Shown: positions 1 to 12,678 of the stretch, one piece after another
Layout of the letters: the number at the start of each line of letters is the position of its first letter
Position numbering within the stretch: the stretch's first letter is position 1
Source: Gemmatimonadales bacterium
GTDB lineage: Bacteria; Gemmatimonadota; Gemmatimonadetes; Gemmatimonadales; GWC2-71-9
Length of the DNA: 64,000 nt
Assembly: GCA_037189525.1 (NCBI GenBank)
Contig: JBBCJC010000003.1
Location: 96,001 to 160,000, forward strand
Direction of reading: 5' to 3'
The notes under the pieces: model-generated
The model's database searches: none
What the model was told of the DNA's origin: nothing
The model's input: the letters and a program-made list of their open reading frames with translations, nothing else
Translations under genes and position numbers: made by a program

Positions 1-1027
1 TGGTCTGGGCCGGCTTGAGTTCACTCGGCACGTCTTCATGCTGCCGGACCGTCAGGGCAATGATCGGAATCGACAGCGCATCTTCGCGCGTATCCGTGAC
101 GATCCGGGCGGTGGCCGACAGGTCCGGACGCACCGCGGCCGGCGGACTGTCGAGGGTAACCTCGACGTCGAAGTCCACCGCCTGCGCAGCGGACGATGTC
201 GACTGCGCGGCAACCGTCGCGCTGTGCGAAATCTTGGTGACCCGGCCCACGAACGCGCTGTCGGGGAAGGCGTCGATCGAGACCTCGACCGAGTCGCCCA
301 GGGTGACCCGGACCACGTCGGTTTCGTCGACCCGGACCTTGGCCAGGATGGTGCCCAGGTCGGCAATCGTCATCAGGCGCCCGGTCTCACGCGAGAAGGT
401 GCCCGGCACCGCCACTTCGCCGACTTCGACCGGCAACCGGACGACTCGGCCGTTGATGGGCGAGACGATCCGGGTCTTGCTCAGCTGGTCGCGGGCTTCC
501 GAGAGCGAGCCGCGCGCCTGGTCGACATTGGCCATCGACGCGCTGTACGAAGCGACCGCGACGTCGTACTGCTGCTGGGCCTGCTCGACCTGTTCCGTCG
601 ACACCAGGGCGGCATTGAGCTTCCGCATCTCGATCCAGCGATCGAGCTGGCGCTTGGCCTGATCGCGATTCGTCTCGGCCTGCACCAGGCCGGCCTGGTT
701 CGAGGCGAGCAGACCCTCGAGGCGGCGCACGGCCGACTCGTACTGGGCCGGATCGATCAGGACCAGGAACTGGCCCTTCTTGACCAGGTCGCCTTCCTTG
801 ACGCCGAGCTGCACGATGCGGCCGGTGATGTCGGCGGAGATGTCCACCTGCGCTTCGGCTTCGATCTTTCCGCTCGCGGTTACGATGGATACCAGGCGGC
901 GGGATCCGACCGTTTCCAGTCGGACTTCCGTCGCCTTACCGTCCCGCTTGGCCGCCCCGAGGGCGAATACCGTTGCCGCGACGATGACGACGACCGCGGC
1001 CAACCCCCATTTCGTGCGCTTCGACAT
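1..1027 (-). CDS. Efflux RND/MacA-type periplasmic adaptor (membrane fusion protein), 3' end outside window
   Basis: Manual translation from ATG at 1027: MSKRTKWGLAAVVVIVAATVFALG...ASGKIEAEAQVDISADITGRIVQLGVKEGDLVKKGQFLVLID, an N-terminal TM plus the lipoyl-like motif of HlyD/MacA adaptors; lies downstream of tolC. Confidence 0.85.
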   Translation of the reverse strand, partial: MSKRTKWGLAAVVVIVAATVFALGAAKRDGKATEVRLETVGSRRLVSIVTASGKIEAEAQVDISADITGRIVQLGVKEGDLVKKGQFLVLIDPAQYESAVRRLEGLLASNQAGLVQAETNRDQAKRQLDRWIEMRKLNAALVSTEQVEQAQQQYDVAVASYSASMANVDQARGSLSEARDQLSKTRIVSPINGRVVRLPVEVGEVAVPGTFSRETGRLMTIADLGTILAKVRVDETDVVRVTLGDSVEVSIDAFPDSAFVGRVTKISHSATVAAQSTSSAAQAVDFDVEVTLDSPPAAVRPDLSATARIVTDTREDALSIPIIALTVRQHEDVPSELKPAQT

Positions 1028-1045
1028 GGCTTCCGATTCCCGCTC

Positions 1046-2575
1046 TCAGCGGAGTGGACGGCCGACGGCGAGTTCGAGCGCCGCCACGGCCTTGTGATAG
1101 TCGTACACCGCGTTGACGTAATCGCCCTCGGCCCGCTGCACGTTGTTCTCGGCATCGGTCACGTCGAGCGCGCTGCCGGCGCCCAGCCGGTAGCGATCCT
1201 GTGCCAGCTGGCGCTGATCCCGGGCCGCTTCCCGGTTGGCTTCCTGCACCGCGATGGCGCGGAACGCCGTTTCCACGGCCAGGAAGCGGCCCTGCACATC
1301 GGTGCGAACCTGCAGCTCGCGAGCCCGCGCCGCTTCGCGGAGATCCTCGCGCTGCGCCCGCGCCTGGGCAATGTTCAGGTCGCGCTGGAACCCGTCGAAG
1401 ATGGGCAGCGAAATCCGGACGCCGGCGCTGAACGGCTGGCTCGTGAAGCTGAAGGGAAAGACGTTGTTGCGCGCGATGATCGCGTTGCGCACTTCGGGCT
1501 GTAAGGCATCGCCCGTGGCGTCGAGACCGACGTATGCGCGGCAATCGGCAATGGTGCCGTTGCCCGCCTGGCCGCCGATGCCGCCGCCCGGCAGGCTCGT
1601 GATCAGGCTGTTCTGGAACTGGCAGTTGGTAAACTGGCTGCGGGCGCTGCCCAGCGCCTGATTCAGCAGGACGTTGTCGTTGGTGAACTGCTGGGTATAC
1701 CCGTTCCAGCCGGCCTGGAAACTCAAAGTCGGCAGGTAGCGCGACCGCTGTCCACGCAGCGCATGGGTCGCGGCCCCTTCGCGTGCGCGGGCGGCCCGGA
1801 CCGTCGGATTCTGTTCGCCGGCAATGCCCAGCAAGCCGTCGAGCTGCCAGGCCGGGGCCGTCACCGGGAACGAGTCCGGCAGCGCGACCTCACGCACCGC
1901 TACCGGCGCGTTGAGCCCGATCCGGCGGAACAGTTCGAGCTTGGCTTCCGCCTCGGTCTGCTCGGCGCGCAGGAGCGCGATGTCGGCCTGGCCCTTCTGG
2001 ACCTGCGCCTGTTTCACGTCCAGAATGGTCGCCTGTCCGACCTGGAACCGCGCTTCGGCCAGGGTCAGGAATTCGGCGTTGCGCGCCACCTGCTGGCGGG
2101 CCACGTCCGACTGGGCTGTGGCCTGGAGGGCGGAGAGATACTGGAAGGTGACATCGTAGCGGAGCGAGACCTCGGCGCCGTTGATGTCTTCCGAGATGGC
2201 GGCCTGGTTGGCTCGCTGCTGTCCCGGCGCGGTCAGGGTGTTGCCGGACAGCTGCCAGTTCAGGTCGATCCCGTATCCCGATGAGACCGTCGGCGACGAC
2301 TGATTGAAGACCGAGCCTGCGAAGGTGGCCGAGCCCGATCCGGTGTACGACATGCTGCCGGCCACAGACAGGGAGGGCAGGAGGGTCGACGCGTACGCGT
2401 TGCGGACACTCCACCGGGCCGCGCTCGCGTCGTTCAACGTCTGGCGGTAGGTCGGGCTGTGACGAGAGGCCTGGCTGAGCGCCTGTTCGAGCGTCAGCGA
2501 GGACGGCGGGGCCTGTCCGACAACGGCGGCAGGCACCGACAACAGCAGCGCAAGGGCAAGGGCCCTGGGCTTCAT
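1046..2575 (-). CDS. TolC family outer membrane efflux protein
   Basis: ORF 1046..2695, start trimmed to MKPRALAL after AAGGAA; signal peptide, LTLEQAL, RFQVGQATILDV and RYRLGAGSALDV OEP repeats. Confidence 0.9.
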   Translation of the reverse strand: MKPRALALALLLSVPAAVVGQAPPSSLTLEQALSQASRHSPTYRQTLNDASAARWSVRNAYASTLLPSLSVAGSMSYTGSGSATFAGSVFNQSSPTVSSGYGIDLNWQLSGNTLTAPGQQRANQAAISEDINGAEVSLRYDVTFQYLSALQATAQSDVARQQVARNAEFLTLAEARFQVGQATILDVKQAQVQKGQADIALLRAEQTEAEAKLELFRRIGLNAPVAVREVALPDSFPVTAPAWQLDGLLGIAGEQNPTVRAARAREGAATHALRGQRSRYLPTLSFQAGWNGYTQQFTNDNVLLNQALGSARSQFTNCQFQNSLITSLPGGGIGGQAGNGTIADCRAYVGLDATGDALQPEVRNAIIARNNVFPFSFTSQPFSAGVRISLPIFDGFQRDLNIAQARAQREDLREAARARELQVRTDVQGRFLAVETAFRAIAVQEANREAARDQRQLAQDRYRLGAGSALDVTDAENNVQRAEGDYVNAVYDYHKAVAALELAVGRPLR

Positions 2576-2871
2576 CGCGTTCATTCCTTTCGTTGAACGG
2601 AACAGTCGACGGGCACTCGTACGAGCGGGGACCGCCCACGGTTTCAACTTGGGACGAAAGCTTGGCAAGTCGTTCAATTGCATCGGTTTGTCCATTCATC
2701 GAACTCGGGTTGGACGAAGCCCGGAAGCGGGCCGGTAACCAGGGCCAGCGATGAAGGGTTCGTGCCTCGAGGCTTCGGAATCTAAACCGTTGCTGTGAAA
2801 TTGTTTAGACTGATTCCCCCGAAGGAGCCCCGCGCCGCGCCGTGACCGCTCCTGGGACGGGTGTCCCGGCT

Positions 2872-3504
2872 TCAGGACGGCGGAGCCGATCGTTCGATCC
2901 GTTCCAGCAGATAGTCGAGGATGGTCCGGTAATACTGTTCACCGGTTGCGCGGGCCGTGGCCAGGCCCGGTGGGAGCAAGGCGGTGTCGACGGTTTCCGG
3001 CGCGATGGCGAGCAGGATGCTGGTGGTGGCCACGGCCGGGCTCACGTCGGGGAGCGGGGCGGCAAAGATGTCGATCAGGGTGACACGGCCGAGCGCGCGG
3101 ATGGTGCTCAAGGCTTCGAGGTGGGCGTCGGCCGCGTGGGCCGTCAGGATGACGACGTCGTCCACCTTTGCTTCCGTCTCCCACGCGGCAATAAGTTCGT
3201 TCATCATCCGGTGCAGCGTCTTGCGGGTCAGCGAGGCGGTGCCGGGTGAATCGGGGTCACGATTGGCGTGGACACCGAACGGGATGACGGGGCTACAGGC
3301 AATCTGCAGGCGGGCGGACAGGTCGTGCGCCAGCCGTTCGACGATCAGGGTGTCCGCACCAAGCGGCAACTCCGGGCCCCGGGCAATCAGGGTTCCGGCC
3401 GGGATCAGGAGGCGGGGATTCGAGCTGAGAATGCGGCGGACCGCGAGGGCGGTCATGCAGGCGAGGAGCACCGGCTTCGGGTGATCGACCTGGTCTGGCG
3501 TCAT
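2872..3504 (-). CDS. Creatininase-family protein with degenerate metal-binding motifs
   Basis: LLIPAGTLIARGPELPLGADT and PVIPFG..PGTASL resemble the creatininase fold; start uncertain (3504 or 3456). Confidence 0.65.
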   Translation of the reverse strand: MTPDQVDHPKPVLLACMTALAVRRILSSNPRLLIPAGTLIARGPELPLGADTLIVERLAHDLSARLQIACSPVIPFGVHANRDPDSPGTASLTRKTLHRMMNELIAAWETEAKVDDVVILTAHAADAHLEALSTIRALGRVTLIDIFAAPLPDVSPAVATTSILLAIAPETVDTALLPPGLATARATGEQYYRTILDYLLERIERSAPPS

Positions 3505-6500
3505 CGCTGGCTGGTACTCCTGCTTGCCGGGTATCTGCTGCTGGCCGAGTGGATCCGCGAACCCCGACTCGGTCTGGCCATTGCGGCGGTACTGGCCTGG
3601 CTTGCCGCGGCGGTCGTTCTGCCTCGGCGGCGTGGAGCCGGCCTGCTGCTCACGGCGGCGCTGGTCGGCCAGGCCGCCCTGCTCGGGTTCAGTCACGTCG
3701 CGATCGAACGGATCACGCGATCCTGGCCCGAGGTCCGCGAGAGCCAAATTACGCAGGCCGCCGAGGAGTGGCTACGGCAGATCAAGGCGTCCCGGGCCTC
3801 GATTGGCCGGGTGCTCGACGAGGCCGTCCAGGCCGAGGGGTTGCCGCGTGACCGAGCTCTGGGCCGGCTGGCGCGGGCGGTGGATGCCGCCGCGGTCGAA
3901 ACCGGCGTGGTAATCGTCGAAGCCGACGGTACTCCCTTCGCCTGGGCCGGACGCCACCGGTTGCCTCCCGAATCCCAGGGCGACTCGATCGATTTCCGGC
4001 GCGCGCCCTACTATGCGGTGCTCGAGGGCCGCCGCGAACTCCCCAATCAGCGGACGGCCATCGTCTCCCTCCTCCTCGCGGCCGATTCGACGGTGCCGGA
4101 TCAGGGACGGAGCCTGGCGCGGCGGTTTGCGCAGCGAGCGGGCGTTGGCGTCGAGGTGCTGCTGACCGGGATTGCGCCCGACACCTCCGACGTCTTCGAT
4201 TATCTGGAGCCCACCGCCGACGGCGGGAGCCGCCTCCTCTTCAGCGTGCAGCTGGTGCCGCCCAGCCAGACGGAGGCGCACGAGCGGACCTACCGTGCCG
4301 CCGTCGCGCGCCTGTTCATGGTCGCGGCGCTGACGCTGCTGCTCGCCCTGGTGGTTGCGGAGCCGGGATGGTCGCGGTTTGCACTGGTGGTTCTGCCGGT
4401 CGTGGTGCTGACGCGCGCGCCGCTGGGCGGCGCTCTCGAAGCGCCGGCGCTCTTTTCGTCCTATGCATTTCATCATCCGCTGCTGGGCCCGCTTTCGGAA
4501 TCGGCGGCTCCGCTTGCTGCGGTGAGTGTGGTGGTTGCGTTGCTGGCGCTGGCCATCCGGCCGCGTCTGACGGTGCCGCGGTGGATCGGGATTCCGGTGG
4601 CCGGCGTGCTGCTCCTCGCGGCGCCGTACCTGGTCAGCCGACTCGGCCGGGGCATTCAGGTGCCGCTCGAGGGTGTGTCGGTCGAGCTCTGGGTGGTGTG
4701 GCAGCTGGTCGTCTTTCTGGTGGCGTTTGCCATCATCATGGTGGCCGCCGCGTTGTTGCCGCGCCGGGCTTCGGGCCGCCGGACGCCCGTGGCGCTCGGC
4801 ACCGCCATCGCGCTCGGCGCCACTGTGATCGGGCTCGGGATCTGGAACGCCAGGTACGGATGGCCCGACTGGTATCCGGTGCTCTGGGCCGTGGCCATTG
4901 CGTTGGTGGTGTGGCCGGCGCGCCGGGTCGTCGGCCTGGCCGGCATCGGCGTCGCGGTCGGGAGCGCGGCGTCGCTGATGGTGTGGGGCGCCGAAGTCGA
5001 AGGGCGAGTGGCGGCGGCCCGTGCCGATCTCGGTGCGCTCGGGAGCCGGGCCGATCCGATCGTGATCCCGCTGCTCGAGATCTTCATCGATCAGGTCGAC
5101 GAAGGTGCGGTGCCGCGCAGCACATCGGAGCTGTTCCAGGTTTGGCAATCGTCTCCGCTGGCTCGGCAGTCGTTTCCCGCGGTGCTGGGCCTCTGGACCG
5201 CCGACGGCGAACCGCGGGCCCAGTTGCGGCTCGACGAACTCGATCTGCCCGATACGCTGGTGCGTCGAGTGGTGCGACAACTGCCTGATGGGGTGTCGCG
5301 CACGATCGTGCCGCTCCAGCGGATTCCGGCGGTGCACTACCTGGGCGTGGTACGGGTCGATGCGGGAACCGTGCTGACGATCGGGCTCGGCCCGCGTTCC
5401 AATCTGATTCCGCGCGCGCGGCTCGGACGGCTCCTGGTGCCGACCCCACCGCACCAACCGCTCTATCGCCTGACGTTGTCGCCGACCGGCTCGCTGGAGC
5501 AGCCGCGCGAAGGCGTGGCACTCTGGCGGCGCGAAGGCTGGACCGCCCGCGGTTCGCGCACCGTGGCCATGGGCGACGGCGCCCGTGACGTATCGGGTGT
5601 GGCGGAGTTGGGGCGACCCGGCGCGCTCCTGGTGCGCGGCACCCTGCTCGTGGTGCTGGATCTGCTGGTCGTCTTCTGTCTGGCGGGGCTGGCCAGCTGG
5701 CTGGCGGTCGGCCGGGTCGAGCGGCCCGGCTGGTGGCCCGAATGGCGGGCGTTCCGGACCCGGATCGCGATGGCGCTTGGTGCGTTCTTCCTGGTGCCGG
5801 CGGCCGGCTTTGCCCTGATCAACATTTTCGAACTGGCCGATGGCGGCAGGAGCCGTCGCGATCTGATGATCGCCCAGACGCTTCGGGATGCCGCGCCCGG
5901 GAGCATGTTGCCGCTGACCGGGCCGATGGCGGTCGACAGTACCTTGGAAGTGCTCAGCGAGCGGGTCGACGCCAATCTGGTGCTTTACCGCGACGGACGG
6001 CTGATTGCCGCCAACGGGGGCGGGGTGCTAGAGGACTTCGGCGTCGTCAACACGCTGGTCCATCCCGACATGTTTCGGCGGGTCCAACTCGAGGGCGAGC
6101 AGACCGCCGTCACCGACGGGCCTTCCGCGACGACCCCGACCCGGCTCGGCGTGCGGGCCATCCGCCTGCCGACCGGCGACGCGGCCATGCTCGCCTCGCC
6201 GCAGAGTACCGGCGATCCCGACATCATCCGCCGCCAGCTCGATCTGGCCTACGTGCTGGTATTGGCCGTGGTGCTCGGTCTCTTTGCCGCCGTGGTCGGT
6301 GCGCAGCTTTCGGCGCGGGCCCTCTCGCGTCCGGTAAGCGAGCTTCGGGATGCGGCGCTCGCGTTCGGACGCGGTCATCCGATGCCGCCCCCGGCGAGCG
6401 ACCCGCCCGCCGAGTTCACGCCCGTCTTTGCCGCGCTGGAGAAGATGGCGGACGACGTCCGGGCTACGCAGGAAGCGCAGGAACGTGCCGCGCGGGTGCT

Positions 6501-7140
6501 GGCCTGGGGTGAGATGGCCAATCAGATCGCGCACGAAATCAAGAATCCGCTGACGCCGATGCGGCTGGGGATCCAGCATCTCCAGCGGGTCCATCGCGAC
6601 GGGCGTCCCCTCGGCCCCAGTCTCGAGGACACGGCCCGCCGGATCCTGGGTGAAATCGACCGGCTCGACACCATTGCCCGCGCCTTCAGCCGGTTCGCCG
6701 CGCCGGCCGAAGGGCGTCCCGCGCCGGAGCCCACGCCGCTTGGTGACGTCTGCCGCGAAGTGGTGGCGCTCTACGGTCTGGCGCCCGATGCGGGCGGGGT
6801 CAGTCTTTCGGTGGAGCGCGATGCGATGGTGCTGGCCCATCGGGACGAGGTCAAGGAGACGCTGGTCAACCTGCTCGAGAACTCACGCAACGCGGATGCG
6901 CGTACCGTGATCGTCCGGCTCGATGGGCCGGTGCTCAGGGTCGTCGATGACGGATGCGGGATTGCGCCGGAAGAACTCGAACGGATCTTCGAGCCGCGCT
7001 TCTCGACGACGACGAGCGGCTCGGGGCTCGGGCTCGCCATCGTCAAGCGGCTGGTCGAAGGCTGGGGCGCGGTGATCGGGGTCGAGAGCGAACTCGGTCG
7101 CGGTACCACCATCACCGTCCGCTTCCGGGAGGCGACGCCC

Positions 7141-7158
<18 letters not shown>
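3481..7158 (+). CDS. Large multi-TM sensor histidine kinase (HAMP-HisKA-HATPase, NtrY-like)
   Basis: AWGEMANQIAHEIKNPLTPM H-box, NLLENS N-box, DDGCG, GSGLGL; many TM segments; start uncertain (ORF opens at 3268). Confidence 0.9.
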
Positions 7159-8912
<1,754 letters not shown>

Positions 8913-8916
<4 letters not shown>

Positions 8917-9770
8917 GCGTCGGATTCCATGATCGCGTTGACGGCGTGTTCGAACTGAACCTCGACCTGGCGGAGCATCGGCGAGACGGCCTCCGGCGAG
9001 AACTGGATCAATTCCCAGGCGGCCGCATCGAACGTCGGCACCAGGTGCTCACCGCTCGACCCGAAGGCCAGGGCATTGGCAAAGACGTCGGCGACGTGGA
9101 TGATCGCCGCCTCGATCGGGAAACGGCTGGCCATCGCGGGCGTGTGATGCCAGGCCGCGGTTTCGACCAGCACGCTGGGCAGCCGCCACTGTTCGAGCAG
9201 GGCCGCGCCCACCGAACCGTGATGGAATCCGAATACGCGGCGTTCCACCTGGAAGAGCGGCTCGTTGGTGCGCGCAGCATCGAGGAGGGCCGTCGCCGCT
9301 TCCATCGGGGCGCGGGTATAGAAGATCAGCCGGCCGATATCGTGCAGCAGGCCGGCAATGAAATAGCGTTCGAGATTGGCTTCGCGCCGGCCGGCGGCCA
9401 ACTGGCGCGCGATCAAACCGCAGGTGATGCTGTGCCGCCAGAACGAGTTCATGTCGGCCAGGTCGGCCGGAACGTTGGAAAAGAGCCGCATGAACGAGGT
9501 GCCGATCGCCAGGTCGCGCAGCTGTGCCATCCCGACGATGCTGATGGCCTGCGTCACGGTGGCAATCCGGGTCGGGAAGCCGTAGATCGGACTATTGACC
9601 AGGCGCAGCAAGCGCGCGGTCAGTCCCGGATCTTCGGCAATCACGCGGCCGACATCGGACGCCGAACTGAGCGGATGGTCGATCACCTGGACCAGCCGGT
9701 CGTACATGCCCTGGATGGTGCCGACTTCGACGGCGCCACGGATCAGGTCTTCGGGGCGGCGTGGGGTCAT
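8913..9770 (-). CDS. HDOD domain protein
   Basis: DPGLTARLLRLVNSPIYG, FWRHS, AGLLHDIGRL, HHTP; start at MTPRRPED overlaps upstream stop. Confidence 0.9.
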
Positions 9771-10093
9771 ACCCGGTTCTGTCCGATCGCGGCGGCGACA
9801 CAGTGGGCAAAGAGCGCCGCGATGGCCGGATGCTGGCGATCCACGAGGACAAAGCGGGGCGCCACCGCGGCCTCGGCGGCGGCCCACGCTTCGGGATCGA
9901 TCGGCTGTTCGGCGGTCACGGCGGTCGGGTCGTCGACCTGGATGTCCACCGCCGCGATGCCCCACATCTGGCAGTAGCGGATGTGCTTCTCGGTCAGCAC
10001 CGTCCCGGTAGGTAGCAGCAGGCGTCCGGACGCGTCGGAAAGGTCGGCGCCCAGGACCAGATCGGGACGAAGCTGTTCGATGCTGACTTGCAT
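9767..10093 (-). CDS. Small hypothetical protein coupled to the HDOD gene
   Basis: 108 aa; QLRPDLVLGADLSDASGRLLLPTGTVLTEKHI resembles the N-terminal region of HD-GYP proteins; ATGA overlap with HDOD gene. Confidence 0.7.
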   Translation of the reverse strand: MQVSIEQLRPDLVLGADLSDASGRLLLPTGTVLTEKHIRYCQMWGIAAVDIQVDDPTAVTAEQPIDPEAWAAAEAAVAPRFVLVDRQHPAIAALFAHCVAAAIGQNRV

Positions 10094-10356
10094 GTGTGGC
10101 CGACTCCTTGGGAACCTGGAGTATCGGCTTGGGGGAGGCCGACTTGAGGGTCGGACAGGTGCTGGAGGGGGCTCAAATCGTTCGATTCCGTGACGGCGCC
10201 GGGGCCGGACTGCAAATTCTTGCGGGGGGTGGCGGGTTGGCGTCGCAGGCGATAGCGTCCTGGGATGGGGATCGGACCTTCCAAACGGCGCCCGCGGCTC
10301 GGCCCACGTTGTGCCACATCAGGCTCCGAACCCCAACTCAGGCCGGAGTTTACCCT

Positions 10357-10824
10357 GTGAACGTCGATCCGATTCCGCAGAACATCGTCGCGGTCCACGA
10401 CCTGCTCGCCGAGACCATGACGTACGCGAACGAGCGAGACCCTCGCTATAACTGGGGCGTGGCCATTTTTCCGCGGACTGGCCGATTCGATGCGCCGGTG
10501 TTCGGAGTCGTCACCTGTGGTGGGGAGTCCACAACGCTGACTTACCGGCTGCTCCAGGCGTTGATGGAGATTCCGGTCGCCGTCAGCGGCCGGGTTCCGG
10601 CCATTATCCGGGACGGAATGGCGTTTGGACCCCGCCGATCGGTGCCGCCGCCGGCCCTTCTGGATCAACCTGTTTTACACTTGATGCTGACGTGCAGAAT
10701 TGGGACGACGGTGGAGGACATCGATCGCACCATGCCGCTCGAATCGACCGTCTTTGCGGGAGACCTGCGGGCGCCGATCATCCTGCTGACCGACGCCGGG
10801 GTGCCGGAGGGCTGGCCGCTCTAA
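10357..10824 (+). CDS. Hypothetical protein
   Basis: 3' part of ORF 10096..10824; GGAG precedes GTG at 10357; family not recognised. Confidence 0.55.
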   Translation: MNVDPIPQNIVAVHDLLAETMTYANERDPRYNWGVAIFPRTGRFDAPVFGVVTCGGESTTLTYRLLQALMEIPVAVSGRVPAIIRDGMAFGPRRSVPPPALLDQPVLHLMLTCRIGTTVEDIDRTMPLESTVFAGDLRAPIILLTDAGVPEGWPL

Positions 10825-10844
10825 CCTGGCCAGCCCGCTTCCGC

Positions 10845-12083
10845 TCAGCGTGCGCTGGCGGCGTTCCACACGATCAGAAGTGCCCACTGCGGCCCGAGGT
10901 AGCCCCTCGGGCCGTCTTCGTACCATTCCCCCAGCGAATGGGCTCCGCCTCCGGTGCCGCCTCCGTCGATGGTGATGGCCGGGATACCCAGGCTGATCGG
11001 CAGGTTGGCATCGGTGCTGGACACTCCGGATGCTGGGGACGGGAGACCGAGCGCCGTCGCCGCCTGACGTGCCCCGCGCACCAGCCAGAGCGAATCGGGC
11101 TGGGTGCCGGCCGGCCGGCGGCCCATTTCGACGATGTCGGCCGCAAGGTTCGCAGTCGACTGCGGCCAGCGCCGCCGTTCGGCCTCGACGGCCTGGTTCA
11201 CCGCCCGCCGAAATGCGCTGTCCAGTTTGGCCAACGCCGGAGCCGACTCCGACCGCAGATCGACCTGCATCGAGCCCGTGAACGCGATCGAGTTGATCGA
11301 GGTTCCGCCCTCCACGATGCCGACGCTGAAGGTGGTGCGGGGAACGCCGGGCACCTCGAGATCGGCAATCGTGGCAATGGCGCGGCCCATTGCGTGGATC
11401 GGATTGGGCATTCCGAAATTGCCGTAGCTGTGTCCGCCGGGTCCTTTGAAGTCGACCCGGTACCGGTTGCTGCCGACCCCGCCGGTCGTCAGGCCGAGTC
11501 CGACACCGTCGACCGAGATGAAGGCGTCGACCGCGCCGGCCGGCTTCCGTTCGAAGAGATACCGGACGCCGCGCAGGTTGCCGGGGCCTTCTTCACCGAC
11601 GTTGCCGACGAAGAGGATGTCGCCTTCCGGCACGACGTTGGCCAATGCCACCGCGCGGGCCACGGCCAGTACGACGGCCAGACCGCGGCAGTCGTCTCCG
11701 ATGCCAGGACCCATGAGCCGGTTGCCCTGGCGCTTGACCGTCACATCCGTTTCTTCGGGAAAGACGGTGTCGAGGTGGCCCGCGATCATGACCCGGCGGC
11801 CTCGGCCGCTGCCTTTGCGGATCGCGATCACGTTGCCGATCGAATCCACCGTCGGCTGATACCCCAGGGCGCGGAAGCGCCGCGCATACTCGGCGGCCCG
11901 GCGTTCCTCCTTGAAGGGAGGGGCCGGAATCTCGCAGAGCGACACCTGTTGATCGAGGGTCCAGGCATTGTCGCGCTGGAGGATCGCGAGCGCGTTCCGG
12001 ACAGCCGGGGTATCGGGCAGCTGGGCATCGGCACCCGGGGCCTGCGCGGCCAGCAGGCCCAGGCCCAGCGCCAATCGCCTCAA
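10845..12083 (-). CDS. M20/M25/M40 family metallopeptidase, secreted
   Basis: AGHLDTVF, GPGIGDD, NVGEEG, GPGGHS, SSTDAN, AHSLGEW; TTG start overlaps ridA stop; signal peptide. Confidence 0.88.
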   Translation of the reverse strand: MRRLALGLGLLAAQAPGADAQLPDTPAVRNALAILQRDNAWTLDQQVSLCEIPAPPFKEERRAAEYARRFRALGYQPTVDSIGNVIAIRKGSGRGRRVMIAGHLDTVFPEETDVTVKRQGNRLMGPGIGDDCRGLAVVLAVARAVALANVVPEGDILFVGNVGEEGPGNLRGVRYLFERKPAGAVDAFISVDGVGLGLTTGGVGSNRYRVDFKGPGGHSYGNFGMPNPIHAMGRAIATIADLEVPGVPRTTFSVGIVEGGTSINSIAFTGSMQVDLRSESAPALAKLDSAFRRAVNQAVEAERRRWPQSTANLAADIVEMGRRPAGTQPDSLWLVRGARQAATALGLPSPASGVSSTDANLPISLGIPAITIDGGGTGGGAHSLGEWYEDGPRGYLGPQWALLIVWNAASAR

Positions 12084-12625
12084 CGGGCCCTCGACCGCCG
12101 GCCGGCGGGCCGCTTGGTACGAACAGACTTGGTTTTCCTGGCCGAGGCTTTCTTGGCCGATGCGCGGGTCGCCTTGGCGGCCGGGCGCGCGGTGCGGGCC
12201 TTTGCCTTCGCTTTGGTCTTGGCGCTGCGCCGGCGTGCGGGAGCGACCGAAGCGATGCAGGTGACTTCGAGTGCCACGCCGTAGTGCAGTTCGGGCACCG
12301 GGACGATCGCCCGCGCCGGCCGATGCGTTCCCATCACTTCGGCGTAGGTCGCGTTGACGGCGTCCCAGTCGTCGAGCTTCGTGATATACGCCGTGACCTG
12401 CACGATCTGCTGGAGGCTGCTGCCGGCGGTGCGGAGAATCCGCTCCATGTTCTCGAGCACGCGCCGGGTTTGCTCTTCGACCGTACCGAGCAAGGGCTTG
12501 CCGGTGGCCATATCGACGGGGAGCTGGCCGGCGACATAGACGAGCCCGTTGTGAACGATTGCCTGGGAATAGTGACCGCCGGGGCGCGCCGTACCGGGCA
12601 CCTGGATCGGAGAAATCGAAGCCAT
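12080..12625 (-). CDS. ridA: RidA/YjgF family enamine/imine deaminase with Lys/Arg/Ala-rich C-terminal tail
   Basis: GHYSQAIVHNGLVYVAGQLP, NATYAEVMGTHRPARAIV, LEVTCIA. Confidence 0.85.
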   Translation of the reverse strand: MASISPIQVPGTARPGGHYSQAIVHNGLVYVAGQLPVDMATGKPLLGTVEEQTRRVLENMERILRTAGSSLQQIVQVTAYITKLDDWDAVNATYAEVMGTHRPARAIVPVPELHYGVALEVTCIASVAPARRRSAKTKAKAKARTARPAAKATRASAKKASARKTKSVRTKRPAGRRSRAR

Positions 12626-12678
12626 GGGGACACGTCTGAGATGAAGGTCGGGCAGGGCGCGGAATGCGCCCCGCTCCG

